This document shows, piece by piece, positions 62,267 through 64,000 of a DNA stretch of 64,000 bases. The first letter of the stretch is position 1. Every line of letters starts with the position of its first letter. The position numbers were made by a program, and so were the translations under genes. The notes beneath the pieces were generated by a model, which was not told the DNA's origin, ran no database searches, and saw only the letters and a program-made list of their open reading frames with translations. Source of the stretch: an uncultured Planctomycetota bacterium (GTDB taxonomy: Bacteria > Planctomycetota > Planctomycetia > Isosphaerales > Isosphaeraceae); the NCBI GenBank assembly GCA_963737655.1, contig CAVTTN010000002.1, positions 6,592,001-6,656,000 of the forward strand, written 5' to 3'.

Positions 62267-63008
62267 GAGGGCTATGATTACAGATTTTCATAACTTTGTT
62301 TTTAGAAATAAGAAATATTAACGAATTGTGTGGTATCGCGGGCGCCTCGGCACGAGCGGCGAGACGGGGCCGCGGGATCGCGACGGCGCCCGGTCCCCGG
62401 CGCGGCCGACTCGGGGTTGCGGGGCGACCAGGAAGGATGGGAGGTACGCATCAACCCTGATCTTGGGCGCGAATTAGCGTTCATTGATTCGCGTCATCAA
62501 ATCTCAGGAAAACTAAGAGTCAGCAAGGGTGCCCCGCCGGGAAGTTGACAACACTTTTCGTCGAAAAATCGCGAAAAGGGCGGAAATCAGGCTGGATTCG
62601 CGTGTACAACGGCCCGTGCGCGAACCTTGTACCGCATGTTTGCATTTAAAAATGCAAAAGTCGCAAATCCCGTGATTTAGGTGGGATGCGGCGAGTCGCC
62701 GCGCGACCCGATCGGCCCGGAATGGCTCGTAAATCCCGAACACCGCGGGGCCCGCGATCCGTCCACGATTTTTCGATCGATTGCATGATCTCATCGCGAT
62801 TCGAAGCATGAAGAGTGCGAGGCCGACGGATTGGGTGATCGTCGGGGCCGCCGGTCGCGATGATCCTGGGTAAGCATCTTCCGAGAGGTTTCGACCGGAA
62901 GGATGTTGAGTGACGCGGTTTCCGAAGACGGAACCCGCGCCACCCGAGACCCTTCGGAGGAATCTCCCACCGAGAAGGAAACGACGCGAGAAGAAAGCGG
63001 CCAGGACC

Positions 63009-63036
63009 TTGACACCCCCGACCGGCGCGGTATATT
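63009..63036 (+). promoter_or_regulatory. Sigma70-like promoter of the str operon
   Basis: TTGACA-N16-TATATT, 110 nt before rpsL. Confidence 0.6.
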
Positions 63037-63146
63037 ACACGCTTCGCGACTCGTCCGAACGGGCCGGATCGTCGATCGCCCGATGGATAACCGACCAGGA
63101 ACGCATGCCCTTCCCGGGCGGCGGAGATCACGGAACGCCCGATTTT

Positions 63147-63560
63147 ATGCCCACGATCAACCAGCTCGTCCGCAAGCCGCGCCGTCCCGTGGTCTACAAG
63201 ACCAAGTCCCCGGTGCTGGAGGCCTGCCCGTTCAAGAGGGGCGTGTGCCTTCAGGTCAAGACGATGACGCCGAAGAAGCCGAACTCGGCCTTGCGGAAGG
63301 TCGCCCGCGTGCGACTCTCCAACGGCAAGGAGGTCACGGCGTACATCGGCGGCGAGGGGCACAACCTCCAGGAGCACTCGATCGTCCTGGTCCGGGGCGG
63401 CCGGGTCCGCGACCTGCCGGGCGTCCGCTACCACATCGTCCGGGGCGTCCTCGACTCCCTGGGCGTGGGCGACCGCAAGCAGGCCCGCTCCAAGTACGGG
63501 GCCCCGAAGAAGGCCGCCGCCCCCGCCAAGGGTGCCAAGGGTGGTGCCAAGAAGAAGTAA
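63147..63560 (+). CDS. rpsL: 30S ribosomal protein S12
   Basis: [30 protein letters not shown]. Confidence 0.99.
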   Translation: MPTINQLVRKPRRPVVYKTKSPVLEACPFKRGVCLQVKTMTPKKPNSALRKVARVRLSNGKEVTAYIGGEGHNLQEHSIVLVRGGRVRDLPGVRYHIVRGVLDSLGVGDRKQARSKYGAPKKAAAPAKGAKGGAKKK

Positions 63561-63646
63561 CCCACGGACCGGATTGACCCCTCCCGACCTCCGAAGAAGG
63601 CCGACGGCCCGTCCCGACCCGGGCCGTCGTCGAGGACGCCGCTGAC

Positions 63647-64000
63647 ATGGCCCGCAAGTTCACCGCCAGCAAGGCCCAGCTCAAGCCCGACCCCCGCTTC
63701 GGCTCGAAGCTGGCCAGCAAGTTCATCAACTGCCTGATGCGCGACGGCAAAAAATCCGTGGCCCAGCGCGTCTTCTACGAGGCCATGGACCTCATCGAGA
63801 AGCGCCTGCCCAACGAGAACCCGATCGACGTCTTCACCCGGGCCGTCGAGAACGTGATGCCCGTCATCGAGGTCCGCTCCAAGAGGGTAGGCGGCGCCAC
63901 GTATCAGGTCCCGATGCAGGTCCGCAAGAACCGCCAGCAGACCCTGGCCATCCGCTGGGTCCTGCTCTCCGCCCGCGAGAAGAAGGGCCGGCCGATGGCC
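63647..64000 (+). CDS. rpsG: 30S ribosomal protein S7 (partial, runs off window end)
   Basis: Manual translation [15 protein letters not shown]...[15 protein letters not shown]. Confidence 0.97.
   Translation, partial: MARKFTASKAQLKPDPRFGSKLASKFINCLMRDGKKSVAQRVFYEAMDLIEKRLPNENPIDVFTRAVENVMPVIEVRSKRVGGATYQVPMQVRKNRQQTLAIRWVLLSAREKKGRPMA

Noticed and set aside
62283..62310. dif site or oriC
   Set aside because: Only CATAA plus a 6-nt spacer resemble dif; the other arm does not match, and there is no DnaA-box cluster.

Overview
High-GC (~70%) planctomycete chromosome, probably Isosphaeraceae-like. The assignment rests on 'LE.R.LL' export motifs, many Uma2 genes, a TPR Ser/Thr kinase and a divergent EF-Tu. 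Positions 1-27.4 kb hold mostly housekeeping and accessory genes: trpF, trxA, cax, a methyltransferase, an aminotransferase, an ABC system, MazG, a TPR peptidase, a kinase, a lactate permease, DUF72 and an ECF sigma factor. Positions 27.7-64 kb hold the tRNA-tuf-rpmG-tRNA(Trp)-secE-nusG-rplK-rplA-rplJ-rplL-rpoB-rpoC-rpsL-rpsG supercluster, split by a ~5 kb insert between rpoB and rpoC and a ~15 kb insert between rpoC and rpsL. Main observations: (1) a fully paired but non-canonical tRNA-Ile(UAU)-like cloverleaf (G8, C21, C37) between rplK and rplA; (2) a diverged duplicate of the rpoC 3' end 4.1 kb downstream, which forms a membrane-protein/Uma2/RpoC-tail chimera and points to an rpoC-anchored insertion without an integrase; (3) heptamer-armed 38-bp hairpins in front of ribosomal-protein genes and a (GGGCAGT)15 array; (4) a separate promoter and a long structured leader for rpoC; (5) GTAG-type REP-like hairpins. 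Five single-base frameshifts, one in rpoC, look like assembly errors. All calls come from reading the sequence; no database searches were run.
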